From a virus (Duplodnaviria; Caudoviricetes): 29,105 nt of DNA. The notes under the pieces are model-generated. The model saw nothing but the letters and a program-made list of their open reading frames with translations, made no database searches and had not been told where the DNA came from. The translations under genes were made by a program, and so were the position numbers. The DNA lies in the IMG/VR virus record IMGVR_UViG_3300004209_000003, positions 1 through 29,105 of that record; one strand, 5' to 3'. Below, piece by piece: positions 8,324 through 17,489 of this stretch (within the stretch, counting starts at the first letter, position 1; each line of letters starts with the position of its first letter).

Positions 8324-8502
8324 AAGGCAAGAAAAAAGATTTGTGTGAACGCTGCAGAAGATGGACTGATTGCAGTAAATCTATTTACGGGCGCGACTTT
8401 TGCCCTGTCTGTTTTGAGTGTGAAACAGAAGAAATACGGATATTGTCTGAGGCAAAAGTACCGTTCCCTTTTGAGAAAAGGCAGGAGGAAAAAGAGGTAT
8501 GA
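8320..8502 (+). CDS. Small Cys-rich protein (CxxC...CxxC)
   Basis: CERC and CPVC motifs. ATGA coupling at both ends. Confidence 0.55.
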   Translation: MKGKKKDLCERCRRWTDCSKSIYGRDFCPVCFECETEEIRILSEAKVPFPFEKRQEEKEV

Positions 8503-8705
8503 ACTCACCTCAATTTGAGCCAACCGCTGTGCCCAATATTTACAAGCATTTGCCGACCAATTGCTTTTGCTTTTACAGCCAGCTGACCACGTATCTTGTG
8601 CGTGGTGTTGGGGTTTGCCTGTTCGATTCCATTGATGCTGCTCAGCAGGCAGAGAGTGCATTTCGTGAGTCACTGTCAAAGCGGGAGGCTTCATATGCGC
8701 ATTAA
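8499..8705 (+). CDS. Hypothetical protein
   Basis: GAGGT SD. Coupled ORF. Confidence 0.5.
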   Translation: MNSPQFEPTAVPNIYKHLPTNCFCFYSQLTTYLVRGVGVCLFDSIDAAQQAESAFRESLSKREASYAH

Positions 8706-9147
8706 ATGCCCAAGCTGCTTTGCTGAGTTCGATCTGCTTTCGGCCCTCGACAGTGAAGCGGGCCGCTCCCTGATGGGCCTGCTGGCCAAGCTCGAACCCT
8801 ATTTGTCTCGGCCATTGGTGGCGTATCTCAGCCTGTTTCGCTCTGCTTCACGGGCACTGAGCTGGGATCGGGCACTGAAGCTCGCAGAAGAGGTTTTGGC
8901 CTTGGAGTCTGACAAAGCCCGGTTATCCACAGCTCTGGCAAAAGCTGTGGAAATCCTGCGCGACAAACAGGCTGCGGGTGGGTGGAAACCCATGAACAAT
9001 CACAACTATCTGAAGCGGGTTTTAGAGGGCGTATCTGCCCAGGCTGAAACAGTGGTTATAACCCCATTAAAACAGGATTCAAAACCCGTTTATAAAAGCA
9101 AAACTGCGGCAGCGCTCATGTCTTTGGAGGGATTGAAACGTGGCTAA
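8695..9147 (+). CDS. Conserved Mu-like phage protein with N-terminal CxxC
   Basis: GGGAGG SD. MRIKCPSC...YLSLFRSASRALSWDRALKL...MNNHNYLKRVL, typical of Mu-like middle regions. Confidence 0.75.
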   Translation: MRIKCPSCFAEFDLLSALDSEAGRSLMGLLAKLEPYLSRPLVAYLSLFRSASRALSWDRALKLAEEVLALESDKARLSTALAKAVEILRDKQAAGGWKPMNNHNYLKRVLEGVSAQAETVVITPLKQDSKPVYKSKTAAALMSLEGLKRG

Positions 9148-9556
9148 AATGATTCCAAACTGGCTGCGTGAAGTGGTTGCAGAAGGCCTCATGAGCTTTG
9201 TCGTTTTGGGCCTACCCAATCAACCTCCTGCAGAAACCGTGGCTTTAACAGGTGAAATGTGGATCAAAGCACTTTGGAAGCATTCCCAATCCTGGGACGA
9301 AGAGCAAGACCGCATTCGGCTTGAGGAGGGGTTCTTGAATCTCTTGCCTATCTTGGAGCGCTGGCCTTTGCCCAAAGACCTGTTGGCGGCAATACCACTC
9401 AGACCCGAACAGGATATCTATTACCTTGAAGCACCGGCTATGACCGAAAAACAGCGGAAATTCAACTTAGAGCAGATTCAGAAAATCAAAGCCCAACTGA
9501 AGGCTCTTGAAATCAAGATGAGTATGCCTAAAAAGGAGAAGAACAAAAATGCGTGA
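9140..9556 (+). CDS. Conserved Mu-like phage protein
   Basis: WLREVVAEGL...LGLPNQP...RWPLPKDLL, the usual partner of the preceding gene. Confidence 0.7.
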   Translation: MAKMIPNWLREVVAEGLMSFVVLGLPNQPPAETVALTGEMWIKALWKHSQSWDEEQDRIRLEEGFLNLLPILERWPLPKDLLAAIPLRPEQDIYYLEAPAMTEKQRKFNLEQIQKIKAQLKALEIKMSMPKKEKNKNA

Positions 9557-9974
9557 TCAGCTTTCCCTGTTTCCACTTGAAGAGTATGTCAAAGAGCCTG
9601 TTTTTGAGGAACAGGCAGGAGGCATACTCGAACACAATCTGGGACCAGAGAATGCCGCTGCGGTTGTAAAGGCTTTGGGTGGGCTGTCCATCAAAATCCC
9701 CAGTCACCCCAAAGGTACAGACTATGTTTTTTTCGAGCAAAAGCTGGGGTCAGAACTGGCCCAGCTTTTGATAGATAAATTTGCGGGTGAGGAAATTTAC
9801 ATCAGCCGCAATCACTCTGAAGAAGTGTGGACCCAACATCAGCAAGTGATTAAAACATTTCGGGACTTTGTTGCCAAGGGCAACTCGCGCCGCCGTGCTG
9901 TTCAGCAGACGGCCCTGCAGCTCCAGCGGAGTGGACGGCATATCTACCGGATACTTGATGAATACAAGAGTTGA
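9549..9974 (+). CDS. mor: Mor/C-family transcriptional activator
   Basis: LGGLSIKIP and FAGEEIYI motifs, C-terminal HTH ending RHIYRIL. Last gene before the late region. Confidence 0.8.
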   Translation: MRDQLSLFPLEEYVKEPVFEEQAGGILEHNLGPENAAAVVKALGGLSIKIPSHPKGTDYVFFEQKLGSELAQLLIDKFAGEEIYISRNHSEEVWTQHQQVIKTFRDFVAKGNSRRRAVQQTALQLQRSGRHIYRILDEYKS

Positions 9975-9975
9975 G

Positions 9976-10197
9976 TTAGTCTTGCAGATCAAATGCTTGC
10001 TTAATTTTCTTCTTTTCTTTTTGGATTTTCATAATCTCTGATACTTGTTTACCGTCAATTTGACGAGAGTTGCCCTCTGACTTATACGCTTGTTTTGCTG
10101 CACTTTTCGCTTCAGTTTCCTTGTCGCTTAGAGTGTTGTAGCGTTGCTGGGCAACTGGTAACAGTTCTTTGTTTAGTTCAGCATCAACGATTTTCAT
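9976..10197 (-). CDS. Hypothetical small protein (accessory insert gene 2)
   Basis: AAAGGTG SD before ATG 10197. Overlaps the stop of the upstream gene. AT-rich. Confidence 0.55.
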   Translation of the reverse strand: MKIVDAELNKELLPVAQQRYNTLSDKETEAKSAAKQAYKSEGNSRQIDGKQVSEIMKIQKEKKKIKQAFDLQD

Positions 10198-10528
10198 AAG
10201 GCACACCTTTATCGGCGTTCAAGAACATGGTGCGCATTTTTGCTTCTAATTGGCGAGCATCTTCTGAATTGCTATTGAAAATATAAGGCTTGCTCCCAAA
10301 AAAAGGGCATCTGAGGGTAATGGTTCCAGATACCAGATGCAATGATAGATCGGCATTATATTGTTGGTTTTCAACAGTTATTTTGACCCCTCTGCGCTGG
10401 TAAATAGCCATTAGTGGGTTTATCCCATTGAGAGGCTTAAGCCCTTCCCTTGAAGAAGAGAAATCCATAGGGGTTTCAATCGTTAATAAATTTGTTGTAT
10501 TTAATGCATTTACAGCCAATAGAGTCAT
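10184..10528 (-). CDS. Hypothetical protein (accessory insert gene 1)
   Basis: AGAGGT SD before ATG 10528. Extended -10-like TGATAAGAT on the minus strand at 10560-10568. Confidence 0.55.
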   Translation of the reverse strand: MTLLAVNALNTTNLLTIETPMDFSSSREGLKPLNGINPLMAIYQRRGVKITVENQQYNADLSLHLVSGTITLRCPFFGSKPYIFNSNSEDARQLEAKMRTMFLNADKGVPYENR

Positions 10529-10592
10529 AAATAACCTCTTGTTTTTAGGGTCTGCTCTGATCTTATCACAGCAAGAGTTAGTTGTTTGACCA

Positions 10593-10630
10593 ATGTCACC
10601 ACGACACATCGCCTTATTTTTCGGCATTAT
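10593..10630 (+). promoter_or_regulatory. Late promoter (Plys-like) with activator box
   Basis: ATGTCACCACGACAC (10593-10607), 17 nt, CATTAT. No -35 hexamer. Identical box at 18965. Confidence 0.7.
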
Positions 10631-10654
10631 TTCTACAATGCGAGGTAATTGCCC

Positions 10655-11107
10655 ATGTCTCAACTGACCCACAACTTTACTCTGTCCGAACTCACCGTCT
10701 CTCAAACTGCTGCCCGTCGTGGCCTGAATAACACCCCTGGACCTATTCAAACGGCCAATCTCAAACTCTTGTGCGTGCAGGCTTTGCAGCCCCTGCGCGA
10801 TAAGCTCAATAAGCCCATTATTGTCACCAGTGGATACCGCTCGCCTGTGGTCAATCGTGCAATTGGTGGTGCTACCAACTCGGCACACATGTCCGGCTTA
10901 GCTGCCGACATCTATGTGCCAGGTATGTCATCCGCTGAACTCATGAAACGGATTCACACCATGGGCCTGCCCGTTGATCAGGTGATTGATGAATTTGGCT
11001 CCTGGGTCCATGTAGCTGTGCCCGCCAAAGGTCAGCCCGCTCGCCGTGAATATTTGATTGCCCGTTACCAAAATGGTGGGGCTGTCTACAGTGTGGCCAA
11101 GTTCTGA
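10655..11107 (+). CDS. Endolysin, peptidase M15A family
   Basis: HNFTLSEL, SGYRSPVVNRAIGG, SAHMSGLAAD (HxxxxxxD zinc ligands) and WVHV. Confidence 0.9.
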   Translation: MSQLTHNFTLSELTVSQTAARRGLNNTPGPIQTANLKLLCVQALQPLRDKLNKPIIVTSGYRSPVVNRAIGGATNSAHMSGLAADIYVPGMSSAELMKRIHTMGLPVDQVIDEFGSWVHVAVPAKGQPARREYLIARYQNGGAVYSVAKF

Positions 11108-11271
11108 TGAGGTGCAAATTTCACCTTGGAAAGCAGGGCTATCATTTCTATTTCGGGAGCTATACAAGTTCTCCTTACTATTCTCTTCAATTGGCTGAAG
11201 AAGCCTTTGAAATCTGGGCAAACCCCAGCAACCCTGAATACCAAAAAGCCCTGGAGGAAGCGCAAAAATGA
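11107..11271 (+). CDS. Small hypothetical protein, 54 aa (not in ORF track)
   Basis: TGATG overlap with the lysin stop and ATGA overlap with the holin start. MRCKFHLGKQGYHFYFGSY...KALEEAQK*. Confidence 0.5.
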   Translation: MRCKFHLGKQGYHFYFGSYTSSPYYSLQLAEEAFEIWANPSNPEYQKALEEAQK

Positions 11272-11489
11272 AGCCGTGGTACAAATCCAAAACCATCTTG
11301 GTCAATGCTGTGGCAGCTGCCCTGACCGCCCTCGAAGCCAGTACCGGAATGCTCAAACCCATTCTGGGAGACAGCTTCTATCTCATTGTTGCCGTGGGCC
11401 TCCCGGTGGTGAATGCCATGTTGCGCACCGTGACCACACAGCCCCTCGGAAAGCCTGAAGCTCCAGACGAGCACGGGGGGCTGCTGTGA
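11268..11489 (+). CDS. Putative holin
   Basis: MKPWYKSKTI start, two hydrophobic segments, LRTVTTQPL. GGAGG SD. Located in the lysis cassette. Confidence 0.65.
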   Translation: MKPWYKSKTILVNAVAAALTALEASTGMLKPILGDSFYLIVAVGLPVVNAMLRTVTTQPLGKPEAPDEHGGLL

Positions 11490-11809
11490 CAGATATGACG
11501 CTCAATCTGGCATGGGGTCAGATTACTTGGGTTATGGGCATTGTCTTTGCTTGGTCTGCTTTCCTGATTGGAATTATTACCGGGCTAGTAGCAAAGATTG
11601 TCTCCAATTTTGAAAAAAAAATCACGGATGACAATGTCCAGCTCAAAGCCAGAGTAGAGCTTGTGGACCTTGAGTACAGAAAGCTCTTGGTCGAATTGCC
11701 GATCCAGTACCAACGCCGAGAAGATACGATTCGCGACCAAACCGTTATCAACGGCAAGCTGGACAAACTGTATGAACTCATTTTGGAGACAAAGACCGAT
11801 GCCCGATAA
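11486..11809 (+). CDS. Membrane-anchored coiled-coil protein (Mu gp25-position)
   Basis: One TM helix, then coiled coil ending LPIQYQRRED...KLDKL. Confidence 0.65.
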   Translation: MTDMTLNLAWGQITWVMGIVFAWSAFLIGIITGLVAKIVSNFEKKITDDNVQLKARVELVDLEYRKLLVELPIQYQRREDTIRDQTVINGKLDKLYELILETKTDAR

Positions 11810-12107
11810 CTTAGATATCCACCGTGCAGAACGGGAGTTTCTTCGCTGGATTATCATCACAGCCCTGTGGCACGCCCGCCCCTATGGCTGTCATGAACGG
11901 ATCATTCTTCGTGCGGCTCAGGATATGCCGTTGCAAATCACCACTGACCAATTGCGCCAAGAAATGGATTATGTCGAAGAAAGCGGCTTTTGCAAAATAG
12001 ACAAAAGTGGGGAGCTTTGGCACGCTAAAATCACCCCCAAAGGCACAGATCTTGTAGATTACCGGGAAGATTGCCCCAAGGGCATTGCCCGCCCACCTAA
12101 GTGGTAA
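11799..12107 (+). CDS. Mu gp26-like winged-helix protein
   Basis: REFLRWIII.AL..ARPYG...LRQEMDYVE...ITPKGTDLVDY...GIARP. Directly before TerS. Confidence 0.75.
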   Translation: MPDNLDIHRAEREFLRWIIITALWHARPYGCHERIILRAAQDMPLQITTDQLRQEMDYVEESGFCKIDKSGELWHAKITPKGTDLVDYREDCPKGIARPPKW

Positions 12108-12112
12108 ACCCC

Positions 12113-12652
12113 ATGTCAAAACCCTCCAAAGTTGAACTGATGCCAACCGAAGTGCGCGACTGGCTGGATAAAGCCCTGATTGACCGCTCGTTTTCTGGCT
12201 ACAAGGAACTCGAAGCCCTGATGAAAGAAAGAGGGTTTGACATCAGTCACGCCGCCATCCATCGCCACGGCCAAAAACTTGAGCGTCGATTGCAGGCTAT
12301 CAAAACCAGCACCGAAGCGGCCAAGCTGATTGCCGAGGCAGCTCCCGATCAGGCTGACCACCGCAGCGCCGCCACCACGGCCCTGATTCAAACATCTCTC
12401 TTTGACGCCCTGGTGGATGTGCAAGAGGCAGAAGAAACCCTCGATCCAGTCAAGAAGGTCAAGCTTTTGGCTGGGGCTGCAGCCGCCTTTTCCATGCTCG
12501 CAAAATCCAGCCTGGCACAAAAGCAGTGGGAGGAAAAAGTCAGGATAAAGCTGGATGCCCTGGAAAAAGCTGCTCAACAGGAAACGGGCGAGAAAAAGAC
12601 CGTCACGCTTGAAATCCTGAATATGATTCGCAAAGAAGTCTACGGTGTTTGA
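12113..12652 (+). CDS. terS: Terminase small subunit (Mu gp27 / DUF3486-like)
   Basis: SKVELMPTEVRDWLDKAL...FSGYKELE...ISHAAIHRHG...IRKEVYGV. Confidence 0.85.
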   Translation: MSKPSKVELMPTEVRDWLDKALIDRSFSGYKELEALMKERGFDISHAAIHRHGQKLERRLQAIKTSTEAAKLIAEAAPDQADHRSAATTALIQTSLFDALVDVQEAEETLDPVKKVKLLAGAAAAFSMLAKSSLAQKQWEEKVRIKLDALEKAAQQETGEKKTVTLEILNMIRKEVYGV

Positions 12653-12663
12653 AGGAGTACCCC

Positions 12664-13449
12664 ATGTCTGATCTCTGCCCCATTTGTCCCTATCTCAGGA
12701 GCGCGTTTACTCTCGAAACGGGCCTTGGCTGGAGTGCCTATCACGGCAACTCTATCGAAGTGCTGAAGTCCCTGCCAGAAGGCTCTGTCGATGCCTTGAT
12801 CTCTGACCCGCCTTACGGAACTGGTGCCAATACTCTGATGGGCCGTCTGAAGCCTTCTTCGGAAAAATACCGCAGCACAGGGGCCGCCCCTCTGCCAGAT
12901 ATTGACGGGGACTCGCTCATGCCTGAAGCCTGGCAGGATATGATGGGTCAGATATTGCGCAGATCCTACCGGGTTCTCAAACCAGGAGCAACAGTGCTGC
13001 TGTTTTGCGATTGGCGTAGCCTGCCCAGTCTAATCAACGTGGTCAGCTATTCAGGTTTTGCCCTGCAGGCGGTCCCAGTCTGGGACAAAGGCCGGGGCTC
13101 ACGCCCGCGCAAGAATGGTTTTCGCTCTCAATCCGAGCTGATTCTCTGGGCCAAAAAGCCAGGTGTTTTAGATGGCCCTGAACCCCCGGTCTATCTGGAT
13201 GGGGTGCTGAAGCATTCCACTTTGAGCAATCACAAGCAGCACTTGACCCAAAAGCCGCTCCCATTGATGAAAGAACTGGTGCGCGTTGTGCCCAAGAAGG
13301 GGCTGGTTTTAGACCCCTTTCAAGGCAGTGGCACCACTGGCGTTGCTGCACTGGAGCAGGGGCTGACGTATATCGGGATTGAATCAGTGCCCGAATACCA
13401 CAAGATTGCCTGTGAAAGACTGGCTGCATCCCAAGCCCGCGCCGCTTGA
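12664..13449 (+). CDS. Amino (N6-A/N4-C) DNA methyltransferase, beta class
   Basis: SVDALISDPPYG (motif IV) precedes HLTQKP and VLDPFQGSGTTG (motif I). GAAGGAG SD. Confidence 0.9.
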   Translation: MSDLCPICPYLRSAFTLETGLGWSAYHGNSIEVLKSLPEGSVDALISDPPYGTGANTLMGRLKPSSEKYRSTGAAPLPDIDGDSLMPEAWQDMMGQILRRSYRVLKPGATVLLFCDWRSLPSLINVVSYSGFALQAVPVWDKGRGSRPRKNGFRSQSELILWAKKPGVLDGPEPPVYLDGVLKHSTLSNHKQHLTQKPLPLMKELVRVVPKKGLVLDPFQGSGTTGVAALEQGLTYIGIESVPEYHKIACERLAASQARAA

Positions 13450-13457
13450 GGTAAATT

Positions 13458-14807
13458 TTGTCTATCCTTCTTCCCTACCAAAAAACCTATCTGGCAGACA
13501 AATCGCGATTCAAAGCGGGGATGTTTGCCCGTCAAACAGGGAAGACATTCACTACAACCCTCGAAGCCACCGACGATTGCATGGAGGCTGAAGCCACAGG
13601 CCGCATCTCTCGCTGGACCATTCTTTCGGGCTCAAAGGCCCAGGCCAAAGAGGCCATCGATACGGGTGTGAAATTGCATTTAAACGCTTATCGAACGGTG
13701 TTTGAATACCTCGAACAGCCCTTTGATGAAGACATCGACGAACTGGCCTATGAAGTTCGCTTCAAAGGGGGTTCCCGTATTCGTGCTGTGGCCGCCAACC
13801 CCGCCACAGCCCGTGGCAAATCCGACAATATTATCCTAGATGAATTTGGCTTTCACAAAGACAATCGCGCCATTTGGCGGGCCTTATTCCCCATTATTTC
13901 CAGACGTGATCTGAAGCTGCGTGTCATCTCAACCCCCAATGGTATGGGTGACAAATTCTTTGAAGTCATGAACTCGGAAAAGATGGGCCGAGTTTTCTCC
14001 CGGCATGTCATCGACATTTATCAGGCGGTGGCTCAGGGCCTGGACCGCGACATTGAAGAGCTGCGCGATGGGATGAATGACCCCGATGGCTGGGCCCAGG
14101 AGTTTGAATGCAGATTCATTGACGCAGCCACAGCTTGGTTAACCTTTGAGCTGATTGATGCGTGTGAAGATCCCTTGGCGGGCATGCCCGAAGAGTATCA
14201 AGGGGGGCTGTGCTTTGTCGGGATGGACTTTGGCCGCCGCCGTGACTTGACCACCATTTATGTGCTCGAAGACGTCGAGGGCGTCTTGTGGCTGCGCGAA
14301 TGGGTCGAACTGGAGCGTAAACCCTTTCGGGAGCAATTGGCCGAGCTGGATCGCATCTTTAAAACCTATCGGGTGGTGCGGGCTGCACTTGACCAGACGG
14401 GTATGGGAGAAATGCCTGTCGAAGAAGCCAAAGCGGCACACGGCTCCAGCCGGATTCTGGGGGTTTTGTTTCAAGGCCCGGCCAAAATGGAAATGGCCAC
14501 AGCCCTGAAGCAGCGAATGGAAGACCGGCAATTGAAGCTGCCAAAACGCTCTGAGCTGCGAGATGACTTGCACTCTGTTTCTAAGCGGGTTGGCCCGACT
14601 GGCATCCCTCAGATTTCTGCTCCGCGCATCAATGGATCACATGCTGACCGTTTCTGGGCATTGGGTTTGGCCTGTATGGCGGCCTCCAGTGCCGAAATGC
14701 CAGACTTTAACAAAATTCAAACCACAGGGGAATTCACCCAGCAGGAAAGTGGCCTGTGGCTGCCAACTTGGGGAACAGTAGAAGGAGCACGTTATGACGG
14801 ATACTGA
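13458..14807 (+). CDS. terL: Terminase large subunit (Mu gp28-like)
   Basis: LLPYQ, Walker A ARQTGKT, Walker B IILDEF, ISTPNG, nuclease GMDFGR and HADRFWA. Confidence 0.92.
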   Translation: MSILLPYQKTYLADKSRFKAGMFARQTGKTFTTTLEATDDCMEAEATGRISRWTILSGSKAQAKEAIDTGVKLHLNAYRTVFEYLEQPFDEDIDELAYEVRFKGGSRIRAVAANPATARGKSDNIILDEFGFHKDNRAIWRALFPIISRRDLKLRVISTPNGMGDKFFEVMNSEKMGRVFSRHVIDIYQAVAQGLDRDIEELRDGMNDPDGWAQEFECRFIDAATAWLTFELIDACEDPLAGMPEEYQGGLCFVGMDFGRRRDLTTIYVLEDVEGVLWLREWVELERKPFREQLAELDRIFKTYRVVRAALDQTGMGEMPVEEAKAAHGSSRILGVLFQGPAKMEMATALKQRMEDRQLKLPKRSELRDDLHSVSKRVGPTGIPQISAPRINGSHADRFWALGLACMAASSAEMPDFNKIQTTGEFTQQESGLWLPTWGTVEGARYDGY

Positions 14808-16293
14808 GGCCAAAACCACACGGCCCGAACTCAACGAAATTGCCAGTACCAACGATGGCCGGGATATTACCAGAGGATTTGTCGAAGCCCTGCATTACCT
14901 GAGCCCCACCGACAAAGTTTTGCAACAGGCGGGAGGCCTGGAATCGTATGAGGAGCTGCTCAAAGACGATCAGGTTTCTGCTACCTTTGCCCAGCGCAGA
15001 AATGCAGTGCTTGCCCGCCCATGGACAGTGACACCAGGGGGCACCAAGCGTCAGGACAAATTGGCGGCTAAACTGGTCCAAGAAACCTTGAAGGCCCTGC
15101 CTTGGGACACGATCACCGACCATATGCTTTACGCCAGGTTGTACGGCTATGCTGTGGCCGAAGTCATGTGGGTTGTTAATAGCCTGGTCAAAATCTCAGA
15201 CATTCGCGTGCGTGACCGCCGCCGCTTTGTTTTCGCCCCCGACAACTCCCTTAAAATGCTCACCCACAGAAACCCCAATGGCGAGGTTTTGCCTGATCGC
15301 AAGTTCTGGGTTTCGAGTGTTGGCGCTAGCCACAACGATGAACCTTATGGCCTGGGCCTGGGCCATGCGCTCTATTGGCCCGTCTTTTTTAAACGCAACG
15401 GGGCCCGCTTTTGGGCCAAGTTTATGGAAAAATTTGCATCGCCCACCGCCATGGGAACCTTTCCCGCTGGGGCCTCAGATTCAGAGCGTCAGAAGCTCTT
15501 GGGGGCGGTTCGGGCTGTGGCAATGGATTCAGGGATTATCATTCCCGAAGGTACTCAAATTCAACTCCTCGAAGCCACACGGGGCGGGAATGCCTCTTAT
15601 GGAGAATGGCTCCATTATTGGGATAGCGCAATTGCCAAGGTCATCCTCGGCCAAACCATGACCACCGAAGACGGGAGCAGCTATTCCCAAGCCACGGTGC
15701 ATTATGCGGTTCGCCAAGATTTGGTAAAAGCTGATGCCGACTTGGTTTCTCAAACTGCTAACAGCTCTTGGGTGCGCTGGCTGGTTGACTACAATTTTGC
15801 TGGGGCTGCTTATCCTCAGGTCTGGCGAGATATGGAAGACGCCGAAGATCTGGAGCAGCGCTCAACCCGAGACAAAACCCTCTTTGACATGGGATTCAAA
15901 CTCACCCCCGAAGCCGTGACCCGTATCTATGGCGACGATTATGAGCCCATCGAACCCCCGCAGCCAGAAACGAAGCCCGATCCCATTCCCGCCAAACAAG
16001 AACAGACCGCCCCGGCCCTAGCCGAAGGCGACGAAATTGACTTGACCCCCAGCCCAGTTGAGCCCCTGGCCAATGCACTGGACCAACAAAGTGCGCCTGC
16101 CTGGCGTAAAATTCTGGACCACATTCAGCAGCTGGTAAACAGCGCCCCCGATCTCCCGACTCTGCGTGATGCTCTTTTAAATGCCTATGCAGAGCTGCCC
16201 GGCGATGAACTTGGGGATGTGATGGCCTTGGCCATGCTGACCGCTGAACTGGCGGGACGGTACGATGTTGAACAGGAATCCGCCGATGACTGA
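14794..16293 (+). CDS. Portal protein (Mu gp29 / DUF935)
   Basis: YGYAVAEVMW, PYGLGL..LYWP..FK, IAKVILGQTMTT. Confidence 0.92.
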   Translation: MTDTEAKTTRPELNEIASTNDGRDITRGFVEALHYLSPTDKVLQQAGGLESYEELLKDDQVSATFAQRRNAVLARPWTVTPGGTKRQDKLAAKLVQETLKALPWDTITDHMLYARLYGYAVAEVMWVVNSLVKISDIRVRDRRRFVFAPDNSLKMLTHRNPNGEVLPDRKFWVSSVGASHNDEPYGLGLGHALYWPVFFKRNGARFWAKFMEKFASPTAMGTFPAGASDSERQKLLGAVRAVAMDSGIIIPEGTQIQLLEATRGGNASYGEWLHYWDSAIAKVILGQTMTTEDGSSYSQATVHYAVRQDLVKADADLVSQTANSSWVRWLVDYNFAGAAYPQVWRDMEDAEDLEQRSTRDKTLFDMGFKLTPEAVTRIYGDDYEPIEPPQPETKPDPIPAKQEQTAPALAEGDEIDLTPSPVEPLANALDQQSAPAWRKILDHIQQLVNSAPDLPTLRDALLNAYAELPGDELGDVMALAMLTAELAGRYDVEQESADD

Positions 16294-17482
16294 GCCCGCG
16301 ATCTCAGGCGTCTTTCGGGAGCCCTTTCAAGAACAGGTGGCCTTCTTTCGGCAGAAACTTGGCAATCTGGTTCCCACTGAGCGCTGGACAGACATGCAAA
16401 AAGAAGCGCATGACAAGGGCTTTATGGTGGCAGGCGCTGCCAAAGCGGATTTGCTGTCTGACCTTGCCGCTGCCGTGGACAAAGCGATCAGCCAGGGCAC
16501 AAGTTTGGGCGCTTTTCGCAAAGACTTCAAAAGCATTACTGCCCGCCATGGCTGGGATTACCGTGGGGAATTCAACTGGCGCACAAAGGTCATTTACCAA
16601 ACCAATATGGCCACCAGTTATGCTGCCGGACGCTTGGCCCAGCTCCGTGATGCCGAATTCACTCACTGGGAATACATTCACAGCAATGCCGTGGCCCACC
16701 CGCGTAAGCAGCACTTGGGTTGGAATGGTCTGGTACTCTCTGCAGATGATCCGTTTTGGAATGCGCACTACCCACCCAATGGCTGGGGCTGTCAGTGCCG
16801 GGTAAGAGGCCGGAACAATCCAGATAAAGTGGGGCAGGCCCCTGATGACGAGATTGACCCCCGCACGGGTGAGCCAGTGGGCATAGACAAGGGTTGGGGT
16901 TATATGCCCGGCAATACTGTCAGCGCCACAGTGACGTCCTTGGCCGCTCGCACCGTGCAATGGAAATATGAGCTGGCAAAGGCTTATCTGGAGAATTTAC
17001 CGGAAGGGCTCAAAGACCAATTTTCCCGCTCTATGCGTGATTTGCCATCAACAAGAGACGCGGCAAGGCAGTTTGCTGGGCGCGTATTGGATGATCGCAA
17101 TCATACCGAATACCAGTCTATGGGCCTGCTGACATCTGAAGATGTCTCTAAAATTCAGGAATTGAAAGGCCTTGATGTGGCTGGGTATGATTTTGCGCTT
17201 GACCCGTCTTCGGTAAGACATATCCAGAAAAAACATGGAGACTTAAAATCTGAAGCCTTGCGTGGTCAAAGAGCAGTCACAAAGGAAGACTATGAAAAGA
17301 TTCCTGAATTACTCAACTCACCAGATGAAATTACAGACTCAGGCTTATCTCATACTACAAATAATCCATTGATCGAGTACTCAAAGGTAATTGGTCAAGA
17401 TAAGTATTCGCTGGTGCTTGAATATCGTAAGAAACGAAAGATGTTGGTTTCGACAACATTCTACATTCAAGGGGGGAATTAA
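16286..17482 (+). CDS. muF: MuF (gp30) minor head protein fused to a C-terminal PBECR-like nuclease domain
   Basis: MuF motifs IYQTNM..SYAAGR and DDPFW..HYPPNGWGCQCRV. C-terminal SVRHIQKKHG...EALRGQRAVTKEDYEKIPELLNSPDEI resembles PBECR (Barnase-EndoU-ColicinE5/D-RelE fold) domains. Confidence 0.82.
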   Translation: MTEPAISGVFREPFQEQVAFFRQKLGNLVPTERWTDMQKEAHDKGFMVAGAAKADLLSDLAAAVDKAISQGTSLGAFRKDFKSITARHGWDYRGEFNWRTKVIYQTNMATSYAAGRLAQLRDAEFTHWEYIHSNAVAHPRKQHLGWNGLVLSADDPFWNAHYPPNGWGCQCRVRGRNNPDKVGQAPDDEIDPRTGEPVGIDKGWGYMPGNTVSATVTSLAARTVQWKYELAKAYLENLPEGLKDQFSRSMRDLPSTRDAARQFAGRVLDDRNHTEYQSMGLLTSEDVSKIQELKGLDVAGYDFALDPSSVRHIQKKHGDLKSEALRGQRAVTKEDYEKIPELLNSPDEITDSGLSHTTNNPLIEYSKVIGQDKYSLVLEYRKKRKMLVSTTFYIQGGN

Positions 17483-17489
17483 GATGATT

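Noticed and set aside
10529-10888. 5' extension of the 234-aa minus-strand ORF
   Set aside because: It is antisense to the clear endolysin and crosses the late promoter. The SD-supported start is ATG 10528.
11126-11458. 110-aa ORF as an embedded spanin
   Set aside because: TTG start with a distant SD, overlaps most of the holin in another frame, and has no lipobox after its hydrophobic stretch. The doubly coupled 54-aa ORF fits better, though this one is not fully excluded.
12664-13449. Restriction-modification system
   Set aside because: No adjacent endonuclease. Both neighbours are terminase subunits.
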